The notes under the pieces are model-generated. The model did not search any database. It saw only the letters and a program-made list of their open reading frames with translations, and was not told the DNA's origin. Source: Candidatus Minthosoma caballi (lineage in GTDB: Bacteria; Bacteroidota; Bacteroidia; Bacteroidales; Bacteroidaceae). Taken from it: a stretch of 64,000 nucleotides of DNA. Position 1 is the first letter of the stretch. Each line of letters starts with the position of its first letter. The position numbers were made by a program, and so were the translations under genes. The stretch covers positions 28,845 to 92,844 of the forward strand of contig JAGHVC010000024.1 of the NCBI GenBank assembly GCA_018064505.1. The letters run 5' to 3'. Positions 1 through 9,989 of this stretch are shown in pieces.

Positions 1-1795
1 CAAAGTCTGCATCCGAAGGCTGTTCTGCTACCTTCTGGCCGCCGAGATTCACCTGGCGCAGACCTATAGCATCTTGATTCTTAGAGCATTCCACGCCAAT
101 GGAGCTATTCTTTTGCCAGAACTCTTCCACGATTGCCGCATTCTTCATTCCGCTTTCAGCTTCAGCTTCAAGCCCGCCATTTCCCATTTCGAACACCACA
201 CCGCCATGCTTTGCATAATGCAATTTGCCACCGATGACAAATGCAGTTTTTGCTTTTGCCTGAGACAGAGCAGTGAATGCCTTTCCACATATCATTTTAG
301 GGCGATCAAACTGAAGAGCATACTTCTTGCCGTTTACTGTGACAGAAGGCTTCTCCCCTTTGATTGGAACGAAATAATATCCACCATCAGCTTTTGCGAA
401 CGGCTGAACGGTTGCCGCATTGATTTTCAGCTCTTTATCTAAATCAAGATTATGTGGGGTTACAGACGCAACACCTTCCTCATTAATAATGCGAACATAG
501 GTATTGCGGAACACAAAACTGCCTCTACGAGCATAGTTATCACTCAGAGAATCCACATCCATTTGAGATAATTCCTCACCCCAATCCGACAGGAATTGAT
601 GAAACCAGCGCGTTTGATGATAAGCATTCTCATTCAGTTGCCCCATCTCTCCAAGCGGGCACTGAAAATCATAAGACATGTGAGGCAAATCATTATAAGC
701 AGTAGTTCGAGATGCCTGGCATTCTGCCATAGTATGAGCAGGATTGTATGGGTTTGTACCTCCATGATACATGTAATAGCCAGGCAAATTACTGCCACTG
801 CCCACTTTGCAAATTGCAAGCGGAAGCGGCTCATTTCCACTCATATTCAGACGGCGATGATAAGCAACAGTCATGCCTCCGCCAAGTTCACAAGTGAGGT
901 ATGGATACTGCAAATCCTTGCCATCCATCTTAGTGTCTTGATTTGAGCCAAATGTTTCTGTAGCAATCACTCCAGACAATCGTGTGTCTTTGAATATGAA
1001 TGCCTTAGGATAATCTCCAGGCATGTCGGTAAGCACTCTGTCCCAGAATCCATCAGCATAGTCACCATACAAAGGCAACATCTTTCCGAACTCTTCGTTA
1101 CCATTCAGTTTAGGCCACCCTGTACGAGTGTAGAATGGGGTGTCAAAACCTATGCTCACCGCCATGTTTTTCAGAGCCATGTAGTACCCCCAAGGGCCAC
1201 GGCATTCATTCTCAATCTGCACTCCCACCACAGGGCCTCCGTCCTTCCACATCATGTCGCTTGCCTGAGCATAAATATTGCTGTAAAGCCGCTGTGTTGC
1301 CGCCATAAATCCAGGAGCAAGCGAACGAAGCTTATAGTTTTTCGGATCAGCTATTGACTTATCAACCATCCACACAGGGAAACCACCTTGATACACCTCG
1401 CCATGGCAAAAAGGTCCTATTCGCAGCACCACTGGCATACCTTCTTCCTTACAGATTTGCAGGAACTTATGCAGATTTTTATTGCCACTCCAGTCCCACT
1501 TGCCCTCTTCTTCCTCATGATGAATCCAAAAGCAGTAAGTGGCAACCACAGTAATGCCTCCCGCCTTCATCTTGAGTATTTCCCTGCGCCAATCCTTCTC
1601 AGGCACACGAGCATAATGGAGCTCTCCCATCACAGGCAGCACATGTTTTCCGCCAATGACGAATCCCTTAGAATCCACTTCAAATTTCACTCCTTCCGGG
1701 TTTGTGTTTGTGCCAAAACTGAAAGTCTGCTGAGCAAATGCCCCTACAGAGATTACGATTGACAGGAGTGATGTCAAAATGCATTTATTATTCAT
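1..1795 (-). CDS. Glycoside hydrolase family 35-like beta-galactosidase; the N-terminal ~598 codons are present and the C-terminus runs off the window start
   Basis: Absent from the ORF track because there is no in-window stop. Manual reverse-strand translation from the ATG at 1795 stays open to base 2. It reads MNNKCILTSLLSIVISVGAFAQQ (signal peptide) ... GKHVLPVMGELHYARVPEKDWRREILKMKAGGITVVATYCFWIHHEEEEGKWDW ... VVLRIGPFCHGEVYQGGFPVWM ... VQIENE. This resembles the GH35 TIM-barrel N-terminus (compare human GLB1 SIHYSRVP...MAGLNAIQTYVPWNFHEP). Confidence 0.75.
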   Translation of the reverse strand, partial: MNNKCILTSLLSIVISVGAFAQQTFSFGTNTNPEGVKFEVDSKGFVIGGKHVLPVMGELHYARVPEKDWRREILKMKAGGITVVATYCFWIHHEEEEGKWDWSGNKNLHKFLQICKEEGMPVVLRIGPFCHGEVYQGGFPVWMVDKSIADPKNYKLRSLAPGFMAATQRLYSNIYAQASDMMWKDGGPVVGVQIENECRGPWGYYMALKNMAVSIGFDTPFYTRTGWPKLNGNEEFGKMLPLYGDYADGFWDRVLTDMPGDYPKAFIFKDTRLSGVIATETFGSNQDTKMDGKDLQYPYLTCELGGGMTVAYHRRLNMSGNEPLPLAICKVGSGSNLPGYYMYHGGTNPYNPAHTMAECQASRTTAYNDLPHMSYDFQCPLGEMGQLNENAYHQTRWFHQFLSDWGEELSQMDVDSLSDNYARRGSFVFRNTYVRIINEEGVASVTPHNLDLDKELKINAATVQPFAKADGGYYFVPIKGEKPSVTVNGKKYALQFDRPKMICGKAFTALSQAKAKTAFVIGGKLHYAKHGGVVFEMGNGGLEAEAESGMKNAAIVEEFWQKNSSIGVECSKNQDAIGLRQVNLGGQKVAEQPSDADF

Positions 1796-1831
1796 AAACA
1801 AAGTACGAAATTAAAACGAGATTTACTTGTT

Positions 1832-4800
1832 CTACTTCACGCTTGCAACGGCAGACAATCCTGCATTGCCCAACATAATCATATTCTCACAATGCTTTCT
1901 GTTACGCACATTCAAATCCTCGTCCCACACCAGAAGATCTGGCAAAGACACCGCGAAATAATCCATCGTAACTGTGTCGTAATAATGCTGTTCGCCATAA
2001 TTCTTCAACTTATAGAACAGGCCTCTTGCCTTATCTTCTTCGCCAAGAGCGCGGTAGCAGAGAGCTGCAAAATAAATCTTTTCTGGCTTGGCGTCATTGT
2101 AGTAAAGTGCTGCGGCAGGTTCTGTAGGACCAACAGTGCCTAATTGCCACATCTCTCGAGCTTTCTCTTCATTTCCCTGCAAGCTGTATGCCTGGCCGAG
2201 ATAGTAATAGAAGTCATTATCCTGAGCGCCATAGAGCTTGCCTTCTCCTAAGTTATGTGGGAATACAAGACATTCCTCAAGCAAGCGAATAGCCTCTGGC
2301 TTAGTCAAATCCTTTTTAGCCAATTCCAATCTTGACAATTGGTACTGGCCGCTCACTTTGCCTTCTCCGCCTTCCCATGGATGGAATATGCGATTATCAA
2401 TCACAGACTTAGCCTCTTCATATCGGCCAAGCTGATTGAGCAGAGTTGCATGTTCAAGAACAAGGTCGTCTCGCTGTAAAATAAGCTCTGGCATTGATTC
2501 GTAGTTGGCAATGCGCTCCTCTGCTGTTTTCTCAAGCTTCTTATACAATTGGTCAAGCTCCATGAAAATACGCGAATCAGACTTGTCGAGCGAGAATGCC
2601 AATTCCATCTCGGCAAGAGCCTTGGCTGCATCATTCTCCTTATTATAATAGAGCAAAGCCAAATTGCGATGCACTGCTGGCAATGCCGTATTGCGTTCAC
2701 GAGCAATTTCCCAATACTTTTTCGCAAGTTCATACTGGCGCTTGTCATAATATAGACAGCCAAGCAAATAAGGCGCACGAGCACTTGCTGTCTGTTCTGT
2801 ATGCCAGCAAAGCACATTGATATCCTCAAGTCTATTAGGGAAGAAGATGCCTGCCTCACATGTCTCACCTACACTCATTACAGAAGAATCTCCTGCATTC
2901 ATAAGCGCAGCACAAGCATCCTGATGGAAACGGCTCATTGCCGTCATTGCATTTTCTTCGTTTGCTGTTTTCCAAATGTTTATAGCATCAGAAAGCATTC
3001 CCATAGATTTATAATGAAGAGCAAGCGAATCGTAGTTGAAATCACTTTGACGCATCAGTTGCTTCATTCGAGCCAAAACCGCACTATCTGCCGTGAGAAG
3101 ATATTTCTCGTATAAGCAGCCATAGTTGAAATGGTCACGCACTTCTTCTGCCTCGATAGCTGCAAGAGCTGCGTCCTTTTTTCCCAGCATACGAAGAGCT
3201 GCAACTTTCACAGCTACTGCACGATGGTTGTGAGCACCAAACTCGATAGCTCTATCTGCTTCGTCAAGCGCATCCTCATATCTGCACTCTTGCATGCTAA
3301 TAAGCGCGCAATGCAAGTACGAGGCACATGCCCAGCCGGCATTCCATGTTGCTTTCCAGAACCATTTGTAAGCAACAGCCGCATTGCCAAGATATTCATT
3401 GCAAAGGGCAAGATTATACAATGGCTCGCCCCAGTAAGGGTTAGGATTTCTTTTCTGCAGCACTTTAACAGCTTTCTCAAAATACGGAAGAGCTTCTGCA
3501 AAGCGTCCGCGGCGCATCAGCCACAAACCTTTCTGATTGTTGCATCGTACATCTTTTGGGTCGCGGCGAAGAGCCTCGTCATAATAGTCAAGAGCCGACC
3601 ATGTGGCATGACGATACTGCTCCAAATGCAAGCCTGTAAGGTAAAGCTGCTCCACTGTTTTTGTATCCTCAGGAGAGAATGCAGCCTCTGCTGCGTCTGG
3701 AATCTGGCGAATTTCATCAGGTTCAGGGCTATAGCTCAGCAGAACTCTGCCATTGCGAGGCTCATCTTCCGTGTCGAGAACATACACGGAAGTGTCGCAG
3801 CAGCCTTCAAATTTCACTGTCACAACTCCCTTTGGAGATACCTTCACCACCTGTTCCTCGCTACCGCACTTCACCACCACATCTCGCTCGCTTGTGCCAT
3901 ACACAAGCACCTCAATGCCACATTCTTTCTTCTCAACATTCATCACAAGATCCTTGCTGGCATTCTTCACATCAGCCATGTTGCAATATGGCATGAAATA
4001 TTGCTTGAAGTGCTTCTCCTCGCAAGGCATCAGCCAAGTGAAATCAGGCTGATTCTCTGTGTAAACACCAGCCATCAACTCGATATACGGCCCGTCTTCA
4101 TCCGTAAGATTGCGATCCCAAGCACGGCCAAAATCGCCATTGCCCCAAGTCCACTGCTTCTTTCCTGGCGAATAATGATTGCTTGCCACATGCAGCATTC
4201 CCCCCTTCGAATCATTCTCATATCCGCCCTCGAAATTATACTTGGAGTTCACACCCATGTATGATGTTGGCACCTTGATATTCTTATAGTTAGCGATATC
4301 AACACCTGCAGAGTAATCCATCTTATAATATGTGCCTGTAGCAATAGGGAAAGAGCTGACAGCACGCTTTCCATGGTCAAACACAGCGTTGATGTCTGGA
4401 GGGAAAATCGAGCGATACTCATCATTCACCTTTACGGCAGGGTTAGCCCACCACAAGAATGTCTGTGGCAAGTTCGACTGATTGCTAACCTTACCTTCTA
4501 TTTCGAGATAGGCATGTCCTGGACGAAGAGTGAACCCAGCCATGCCCTTCTGACCGAACATGCGCTCATGTTCGTTTATCCACACTGTAACCGACTCGTC
4601 CTCGTTCTCCACAATAGTGCAATCTACTGGCATATAAGTAGATGGGCGGTGATGCTGCGGCCAGTTAAACTCAATGCCACCGCTAATCCATGGGCCAAGC
4701 AAACCTACAAGTGCAGGTTTCACAACGCTGTTATAATACACGAAATGACGCTCACGCACTTTATCATAAGCCATCTGCACACGACCACCCAGTTCTGGGA

Positions 4801-5011
4801 GAATCATCACCTTAATATATTCATTTTCAAGGTACACAGCATTCCACGCATGAGGAGTAGGAGCATCTGCCATGCTTTCTATCACAGGATATGGATACAC
4901 CACTCCACTGCTGCCTTGATATACTCGTTTCTCAAGAAATATAGGATTTTTCTCAGGCTTACCCACCTCATAGGTAGGAATCACCACTTCTTCTTTCCAA
5001 GCCTTTACCAT
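1832..5011 (-). CDS. DUF5107-like domain protein with C-terminal TPR repeats (1059 aa)
   Basis: ORF of 1059 aa. The N-terminus (IPTYEVGKPEKNPIFLEKRVYQGSSGVVYPYP...LGPWISGGIEFNWPQHHRPST) recalls DUF5107. The C-terminal half is rich in TPR-like A/Y/L repeats. It sits between a GH35 gene and a sugar porter. Confidence 0.6.
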   Translation of the reverse strand: MVKAWKEEVVIPTYEVGKPEKNPIFLEKRVYQGSSGVVYPYPVIESMADAPTPHAWNAVYLENEYIKVMILPELGGRVQMAYDKVRERHFVYYNSVVKPALVGLLGPWISGGIEFNWPQHHRPSTYMPVDCTIVENEDESVTVWINEHERMFGQKGMAGFTLRPGHAYLEIEGKVSNQSNLPQTFLWWANPAVKVNDEYRSIFPPDINAVFDHGKRAVSSFPIATGTYYKMDYSAGVDIANYKNIKVPTSYMGVNSKYNFEGGYENDSKGGMLHVASNHYSPGKKQWTWGNGDFGRAWDRNLTDEDGPYIELMAGVYTENQPDFTWLMPCEEKHFKQYFMPYCNMADVKNASKDLVMNVEKKECGIEVLVYGTSERDVVVKCGSEEQVVKVSPKGVVTVKFEGCCDTSVYVLDTEDEPRNGRVLLSYSPEPDEIRQIPDAAEAAFSPEDTKTVEQLYLTGLHLEQYRHATWSALDYYDEALRRDPKDVRCNNQKGLWLMRRGRFAEALPYFEKAVKVLQKRNPNPYWGEPLYNLALCNEYLGNAAVAYKWFWKATWNAGWACASYLHCALISMQECRYEDALDEADRAIEFGAHNHRAVAVKVAALRMLGKKDAALAAIEAEEVRDHFNYGCLYEKYLLTADSAVLARMKQLMRQSDFNYDSLALHYKSMGMLSDAINIWKTANEENAMTAMSRFHQDACAALMNAGDSSVMSVGETCEAGIFFPNRLEDINVLCWHTEQTASARAPYLLGCLYYDKRQYELAKKYWEIARERNTALPAVHRNLALLYYNKENDAAKALAEMELAFSLDKSDSRIFMELDQLYKKLEKTAEERIANYESMPELILQRDDLVLEHATLLNQLGRYEEAKSVIDNRIFHPWEGGEGKVSGQYQLSRLELAKKDLTKPEAIRLLEECLVFPHNLGEGKLYGAQDNDFYYYLGQAYSLQGNEEKAREMWQLGTVGPTEPAAALYYNDAKPEKIYFAALCYRALGEEDKARGLFYKLKNYGEQHYYDTVTMDYFAVSLPDLLVWDEDLNVRNRKHCENMIMLGNAGLSAVASVK

Positions 5012-5044
5012 CTTTTTATATATAATGTTTAGGTAATTTATGTA

Positions 5045-6337
5045 TCACTTAATTAATTCTTTTTCAAGTTCCTCAAACGATTTGCCTTTTGTCTCAGGAC
5101 AGCTCTTCATGAGATACACGAATGCAGCTGCGCATATCGCTGAATAAATCCAGAAACTGCCATAACTGCCCAAAGAAGCATTCATTATAGGGAATGTGTA
5201 AGTCAATGTGCAACAGCCTGCCCATAGCGCGAATGTGCACACTGCCATTGCAATGCCACGGATTTTATTTGGGAATATTTCAGACAAAAGCACCCAGGTG
5301 ATTGGTCCCAAAGTCATTGCATAGCATGAAATGGCTGCCACAACAAGCACCACCATAAATACGCCTGTCACTTCCATATAGTAGCATGTGCCAAGCGTGA
5401 GATAGATAACTGCCAATCCGCATGAGCCTATGAGCATGAGTGTGCGGCGTCCCCATTTCTCCACTGTGTAAAGAGCTACGATAGTGAAAAGCACATTAGC
5501 AACTCCTGTTATCACGATATTTATAAACATGCCATCAACATCAAATCCTGCCCCGATGAATATCTCCTGAGCATAATTGAAAATCACATTTGTGCCACAC
5601 CACTGCTGGAACACAGCGATTATCAATCCGAGAACCAGCACCTTAGCATACTTGGAAGAGAAAAGCTGCGCCAACCCTCCTGCAGTTTCATCACCGCCAT
5701 CATTATTTATATTGCCATTCTGTTTTCCTTCTTTCAGACGCAGATACACAGGTGACTCAGGAATGAAGAATGCCATGATGAGGAATGCCGCAGCAGGCAC
5801 CGTTTCTGCCCAAAACATCCATCGCCATCCCCACTCTCTGCCCCATTCATCGCTCACGCCTGTGCCGATAAGCATGTTGGCAATCTGAGCCGCAAGTATG
5901 CCAAGCACAATCGTCATTTGATTAATGCTCACCATCCTACCTCTCACTTGCGACGGGCTCACCTCGGCAATATACATTGGCGACAAAGCGCTGGCCACTC
6001 CGATGCCAATACCGCCAATGAATCGAGCTATATTGAACAAAATGAAATCATTAAACACTCCCGTTGCCAAAGCACTGACAGTAAACAGCACTGCAGCAAG
6101 AATCAGCAGTGGCTTCCTGCCAAACTTGTCTGCCATTGCACCGGCCACCATAGCTCCAATCAAGCACCCAATCAAAGCTGTAGTCATTGCCACTCCCTGC
6201 ATCACAGGGTCATCGCCAATGCCGAAAAACTGCTCATAGAAAGGCTTTGCTCCTCCAATCACCACCCAATCGTAGCCGAACAGAAGCCCACCCATTGCTG
6301 AGACACAACAGATGAAATATAAAAATGATTTATTCAT
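5045..6337 (-). CDS. MFS sugar porter (sugar:H+ symporter family)
   Basis: 430 aa with about 12 hydrophobic segments. Sugar-porter motifs are GLLFGYD, GRKPLL, PESPVYL, and PETKGKSFEELE at the C-terminus. Confidence 0.85.
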   Translation of the reverse strand: MNKSFLYFICCVSAMGGLLFGYDWVVIGGAKPFYEQFFGIGDDPVMQGVAMTTALIGCLIGAMVAGAMADKFGRKPLLILAAVLFTVSALATGVFNDFILFNIARFIGGIGIGVASALSPMYIAEVSPSQVRGRMVSINQMTIVLGILAAQIANMLIGTGVSDEWGREWGWRWMFWAETVPAAAFLIMAFFIPESPVYLRLKEGKQNGNINNDGGDETAGGLAQLFSSKYAKVLVLGLIIAVFQQWCGTNVIFNYAQEIFIGAGFDVDGMFINIVITGVANVLFTIVALYTVEKWGRRTLMLIGSCGLAVIYLTLGTCYYMEVTGVFMVVLVVAAISCYAMTLGPITWVLLSEIFPNKIRGIAMAVCTFALWAGCCTLTYTFPIMNASLGSYGSFWIYSAICAAAFVYLMKSCPETKGKSFEELEKELIK

Positions 6338-6409
6338 AAGGTAAAAGTTAGTAATTTATATTTAGGTGAAACAAAAGGCTAAACACATTTTGTGTTCTCA
6401 ATTTCCGTG

Positions 6410-6441
6410 CAAAGTTAATAAATATTGTCAATTGTAACAAA
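6410..6441 (-). promoter_or_regulatory. Bacteroides-type promoter for the sugar porter gene
   Basis: On the reverse strand, TAACTTTG (6410-6417) fits the -7 consensus TAnnTTTG. A TTTG (6438-6441) lies 20 nt upstream and fits the -33 element. The box is 73 nt from the ATG at 6337. Confidence 0.5.
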
Positions 6442-6599
6442 AAACCTAAAGAAAACACAAGAAAACCCAAAAGAAAAAACATTCCACACTACCAGCATTA
6501 ATCATCCATGCGCCAACGGCATATAGTTGTCCGCCAGTGGAGAATTTCTACACTGGTGGCGAGTATTATTACAGCAGTGGCGTACGGATGATAAGCCAC

Positions 6600-7028
6600 T
6601 TATCTTGAGACAAACATTGCGTAGTCAATGCCATCGCATGAAATGGATGTGCATTGCGGCTCGTTTTGAGTTGCCATATCGCTCTTATTGTCAACAACTT
6701 TCTTATCCACATCCTTCACCTTTCGGTCGCGCCAAACTATACGCTCACGCTCTTCCACTTTGGTAAGATAGATGGTGTCTTGAGTGTGGTGTGGCACATG
6801 GATGGTGTCATGTACCTGAACGAACTGCACTTGCTGTTCTGCGTCATTGACAAGCATGGGCAAACTCATTCCAAACACGATGCCGATGACTGCTGCCGCT
6901 GGCGTGGCTACCCACCCCCAATATGTGCGTTTCCCTGTCATCGGGTTCTGTGGAACACGAAATTTCTTGTCGTCTTCATGTTTTATGCGTTGAGCCGAAT
7001 TGGTAAGTTGTTCTTCAAATGTTGCCAT
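6600..7028 (-). CDS. Putative anti-sigma factor (single-pass membrane protein)
   Basis: 142 aa with one TM helix (WGWVATPAAAVIGIVFGMSLPML). Its start overlaps the 3' end of the upstream ECF sigma gene by 14 nt. There is no recognisable catalytic motif. Confidence 0.45.
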   Translation of the reverse strand: MATFEEQLTNSAQRIKHEDDKKFRVPQNPMTGKRTYWGWVATPAAAVIGIVFGMSLPMLVNDAEQQVQFVQVHDTIHVPHHTQDTIYLTKVEERERIVWRDRKVKDVDKKVVDNKSDMATQNEPQCTSISCDGIDYAMFVSR

Positions 7029-7620
7029 ATTGCTTCAATTTTTCTTTGAGGATTCTTGTTAGTGAATGTAAGCGTGATTTTACCGTCCCTTGTGGGATGC
7101 CCATGATATCAGAGATCTGCGGAATAGTAAGTTCTTCTTCAAATCTCAGAGAGAATAGCGTTCGCATTTCGGGAGGCATTGTGTCGAGAACCGACTGTAG
7201 TGCTTTGTCGAAGATTTCGGCATCTATTTCCAGTTCTGCATCATCGGCATAATCTTCGTCTTGCGTATTGAGCACATGCTGCTCATAGTCAGTTTTGTAT
7301 CCGTTATGCCGATATTCATTCTTGCTGATGTTGAAGGCGATTGTGAAAAGCCAAGGCAGGAACTCCTTTTCTGCTTTCCATCGCTGTCGATTAGTCCATG
7401 CCCGCATAAAAGTGTCCTGCATCAAATCGGAGGCACGCTCTTCATCATGATTCATCTGACGGTAGAAGAAACCCATCACACGACGAGCATGGCGATGATA
7501 AAGCTCATCAAAAGCCTTATCATCGTCATTTGCGCATACGCGTTCCATCAACTGCTCATTGGTGAGCTTGTAGAGAGGAAGAACCTTATTACGAATGTTA
7601 AACAGAAACGGTATGATCAT
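7015..7620 (-). CDS. ECF-type RNA polymerase sigma-70 family factor
   Basis: 201 aa. Region 2-like sequence: FDELYHRHARRVMGFFYRQ...DLMQDTFMRAW. Region 4 HTH-like sequence: LTIPQISDIMGIPQGTVKSRLHS. Its ATG overlaps the stop of the upstream gene (ATGA at 7617-7620). A later start at MERVCAN is possible. Confidence 0.8.
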   Translation of the reverse strand: MIIPFLFNIRNKVLPLYKLTNEQLMERVCANDDDKAFDELYHRHARRVMGFFYRQMNHDEERASDLMQDTFMRAWTNRQRWKAEKEFLPWLFTIAFNISKNEYRHNGYKTDYEQHVLNTQDEDYADDAELEIDAEIFDKALQSVLDTMPPEMRTLFSLRFEEELTIPQISDIMGIPQGTVKSRLHSLTRILKEKLKQYGNI

Positions 7621-8873
7621 TGCTCTTCTCTATATTGTGCTTCATTAGACAAATACAGTGCGAATCGGACATTTTCTTCCCCTTCCGTACATCGTTCAAT
7701 GCATTTCCCTAAGGTGAAGTACAAACGGTTTGACTCGCTCTTGTCACCTTTCTTCCATAGCTTTGGCACGAGATTCGCAAGCAGAGTGACACAGTTTAGA
7801 TCAAGCATATTACTTGTTTCCCATTTATTGGGGTGAAGGTCAGGTTCTGCCAGATAATCCAGGTGATAATACTCCTTAACATTGCGCATCGCCACATCAA
7901 AATTATTGTACTGGTGGTCGCTCCACTTCAGCAGGAGTCCTTCGTTGTAGATGCTGTCTTTATCGAGGTCAGCATGTGTCAACACATCGGTAGAGAAATA
8001 AGCAGGGCGCTTGCTCTCACGAATCAGATACATTATCATGTCAGCATAAAACTGCTTGCCCCAATCCCCTTCAAGCTGGGCATAATCCGCAAAATTCACA
8101 TTCATTGGTTTTATGCCAAGACGCTTGTATAATACATCGCGAAACTTATCGACATATAGGAACGACATAGGTATGACAACCACATCCTGACGCATATCGA
8201 GGGCATCCTGCAGCGTCTTCATGGGTTTGGTAATGTTATCGCCATTGGCAAAGTAGATAGCATTTTCATCCATGCTTTGCAGCATGTTCCAGTTGTAACG
8301 GAGAATACGTTCAGGGTAATATCCTTTCTCGTATGTCCTCTTGTTTAGCTCGGCTATCTTGCTGTTTTCCGGGTCGGTTACCCACAATCGGCAAGTCAAG
8401 TAGTCAACATCCTCGTCATTAGCATCCTCTGGCATCAATTCTATTGCACGAAAGATGTTGTCGCCTCGTCTTGCTGCAGAGTCAGTTGTTAGACAGAAGC
8501 GTCCTTTACAGAGGTTAAGCACATAGCTATCGGGGAAAGCAGCCTCGATTTTGCGAAGTATGTCGGCAGTCTTTGATTGGTCTTGGTCATCGCCAAAGCC
8601 ATCGGTAAACATGTCATAGTAATTTGTAGCACGAAACAAGTTGCGCCACGCCCATTCGTCCTTTGGGTTTTCATCAACAACCTTCTGCCAAGCCTGTGCC
8701 TGCGCTCCGTACCATTCCGTTTCGTGAGAATTGGCAGCAAAGGTCTCTATTGTTTCGGGAGTCTCTGTGCAAACTGTTTTTTTTCCGCTGTCAGCAGCAT
8801 CTGCTGTTTCTTTTTGTGCCGAAGCGGCCAAACTCGTCATCAGCAGCACTGCCATTATAAATAATTGTCTCAT
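7617..8873 (-). CDS. Secreted hypothetical protein co-transcribed with the ECF sigma gene
   Basis: 418 aa with an N-terminal signal peptide (MRQLFIMAVLLMTSLAASAQ). There is a 4-nt overlap with the downstream sigma gene. I recognise no family. Confidence 0.5.
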   Translation of the reverse strand: MRQLFIMAVLLMTSLAASAQKETADAADSGKKTVCTETPETIETFAANSHETEWYGAQAQAWQKVVDENPKDEWAWRNLFRATNYYDMFTDGFGDDQDQSKTADILRKIEAAFPDSYVLNLCKGRFCLTTDSAARRGDNIFRAIELMPEDANDEDVDYLTCRLWVTDPENSKIAELNKRTYEKGYYPERILRYNWNMLQSMDENAIYFANGDNITKPMKTLQDALDMRQDVVVIPMSFLYVDKFRDVLYKRLGIKPMNVNFADYAQLEGDWGKQFYADMIMYLIRESKRPAYFSTDVLTHADLDKDSIYNEGLLLKWSDHQYNNFDVAMRNVKEYYHLDYLAEPDLHPNKWETSNMLDLNCVTLLANLVPKLWKKGDKSESNRLYFTLGKCIERCTEGEENVRFALYLSNEAQYREEQ

Positions 8874-9093
8874 TGTAACTGTAATTTTGAATTATGAACT
8901 AATATTGAGGCGCTCTCATAAATGCATACACATGAAACAGGAAATCGTTCACCGGCAATAGCATTTTTCTACATTTTTTCTTAAAACGCTCAAATAAACT
9001 CAAAAAACATTTGCAAATATACGAAATAAAAGCAGAATAATAGCAAATTCCTCGCCCTGTTTCCTTGTTTATTCCGCCAACTTTATCACCCAA

Positions 9094-9186
9094 AACTCTC
9101 TGCCCGTCTCGCATCATCGCTTTCGCCCGATAAGCCATATCGCTTACAAGGCATAAGCAATGAAGCGTGACGGGCGCACGCTTTCC
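9094..9186 (+). repeat. Y-shaped palindromic intergenic repeat, copy C1
   Basis: AACTCTCTGCCCGTCTCGC ... GCGTGACGGGCGCACGCTTTCC. The outer arms GCCCGTCTCGC / GCGTGACGGGC pair at 10 of 11 positions. The same family occurs at 25318-25412 and 53674-53766. Confidence 0.8.
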
Positions 9187-9262
9187 GCCTTGAAATGAAA
9201 CAAATCATTACGCATTGTTACAAAAATAATCCACAAATTCGTCATAATTAAAAAAAAATATG

Positions 9263-9270
9263 TATGTTTG
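9263..9270 (+). promoter_or_regulatory. Candidate -7 promoter box (TATGTTTG)
   Basis: Matches the Bacteroides TAnnTTTG -7 consensus, 67 nt upstream of the ATG at 9337. Confidence 0.4.
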
Positions 9271-9336
9271 CAGTCAAATATCAATAAAAAAGAAAATCAA
9301 GGAAAATTATTATTTACTAATTAAGAACTTAAACTT

Positions 9337-9954
9337 ATGAAAAAGAACATTTTGAGCATCATCGCTCTCGTGGCAGCAATGGTTGTTGCTATGCCATCTC
9401 AGGCTCAGGTAAAGTTCGGTCTTAAGGCAGGCCTTAATATGAACAAAGTGGAAGGTGAGTTATCTGGTTTTGGACAGTCACTTTCAGAGAACGGCAAGAA
9501 CACTACAGGCTTCTTCGTTGGTCCTACTGCTGATGTTACAATCCCTCTTGCTGGTCTTGGTGCTGACATCTCTCTCCTCTACGATCAGAAGAAGATGAAG
9601 TTTGACGACACTTCTAAGACTCTCAGCTACATCTCTATTCCTGTAAATGCAAAGTACACTGTTGGCTTCAGCAGCCTTGCAAGTGCATATATCGCTACTG
9701 GCCCTCAGTTCTCATTCAATGTTAGCGGCAAGAAGTGGGCAGAAATGGGAGATGAATGGAAACTCAAGTCTTCTGAACTTAGCTGGAATGTTGGTGCAGG
9801 CGTAACTGTTCTTAGCCACCTTCGCGTAGGCTACAACTACAATATCGCTCTCGGCAAAACAGCAGAGGCAACTGCCTTTTCTATAGCAGGCGATGCTGTG
9901 AAGGGAAAGCTCAAGAACAACACTCATCAGGTTTCTCTCTCTTACCTCTTCTAA
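9337..9954 (+). CDS. Outer membrane beta-barrel (porin-family) protein
   Basis: 205 aa. Signal peptide MKKNILSIIALVAAMVVAMPSQAQ. Alternating beta-strand pattern, starting KFGLKAGLNMN. The C-terminus ends in an aromatic residue (SLSYLF). Confidence 0.7.
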   Translation: MKKNILSIIALVAAMVVAMPSQAQVKFGLKAGLNMNKVEGELSGFGQSLSENGKNTTGFFVGPTADVTIPLAGLGADISLLYDQKKMKFDDTSKTLSYISIPVNAKYTVGFSSLASAYIATGPQFSFNVSGKKWAEMGDEWKLKSSELSWNVGAGVTVLSHLRVGYNYNIALGKTAEATAFSIAGDAVKGKLKNNTHQVSLSYLF

Positions 9955-9987
9955 GAACTTAAGAACTCAAAAACTTAAGAACTTACA
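9955..9987 (+). repeat. CTTAAGAACT intergenic repeat, short copy
   Basis: GAACTTAAGAACTCAAAAACTTAAGAACTTACA lies directly after a TAA stop. An expanded copy in the same transcriptional orientation lies at 37558-37610. Confidence 0.7.
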
Positions 9988-9989
9988 CA

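Noticed and set aside
3131-4264. Long antisense ORFs opposite well-supported genes: 377 aa at 3131-4264, 336 aa at 50773-51783, 283 aa at 11109-11960, 279 aa at 36319-37158, 263 aa at 37759-38550 and 217 aa at 62967-63620.
   Set aside because: Each lies fully inside a gene with strong family motifs on the other strand (DUF5107/TPR, cysS, priA, pgpH-like, thrC, dnaE). Their translated sequences are Cys/His/Leu-rich noise.
8899-9138. A 79-aa ORF in the divergent intergenic region between the sigma operon and the porin gene. Similarly, the 91-aa ORF at 53747-54022.
   Set aside because: Each overlaps a copy of the Y-shaped palindromic repeat or the 3' end of a well-supported gene. There are no motifs, and the ORFs are explained by repeat sequence.
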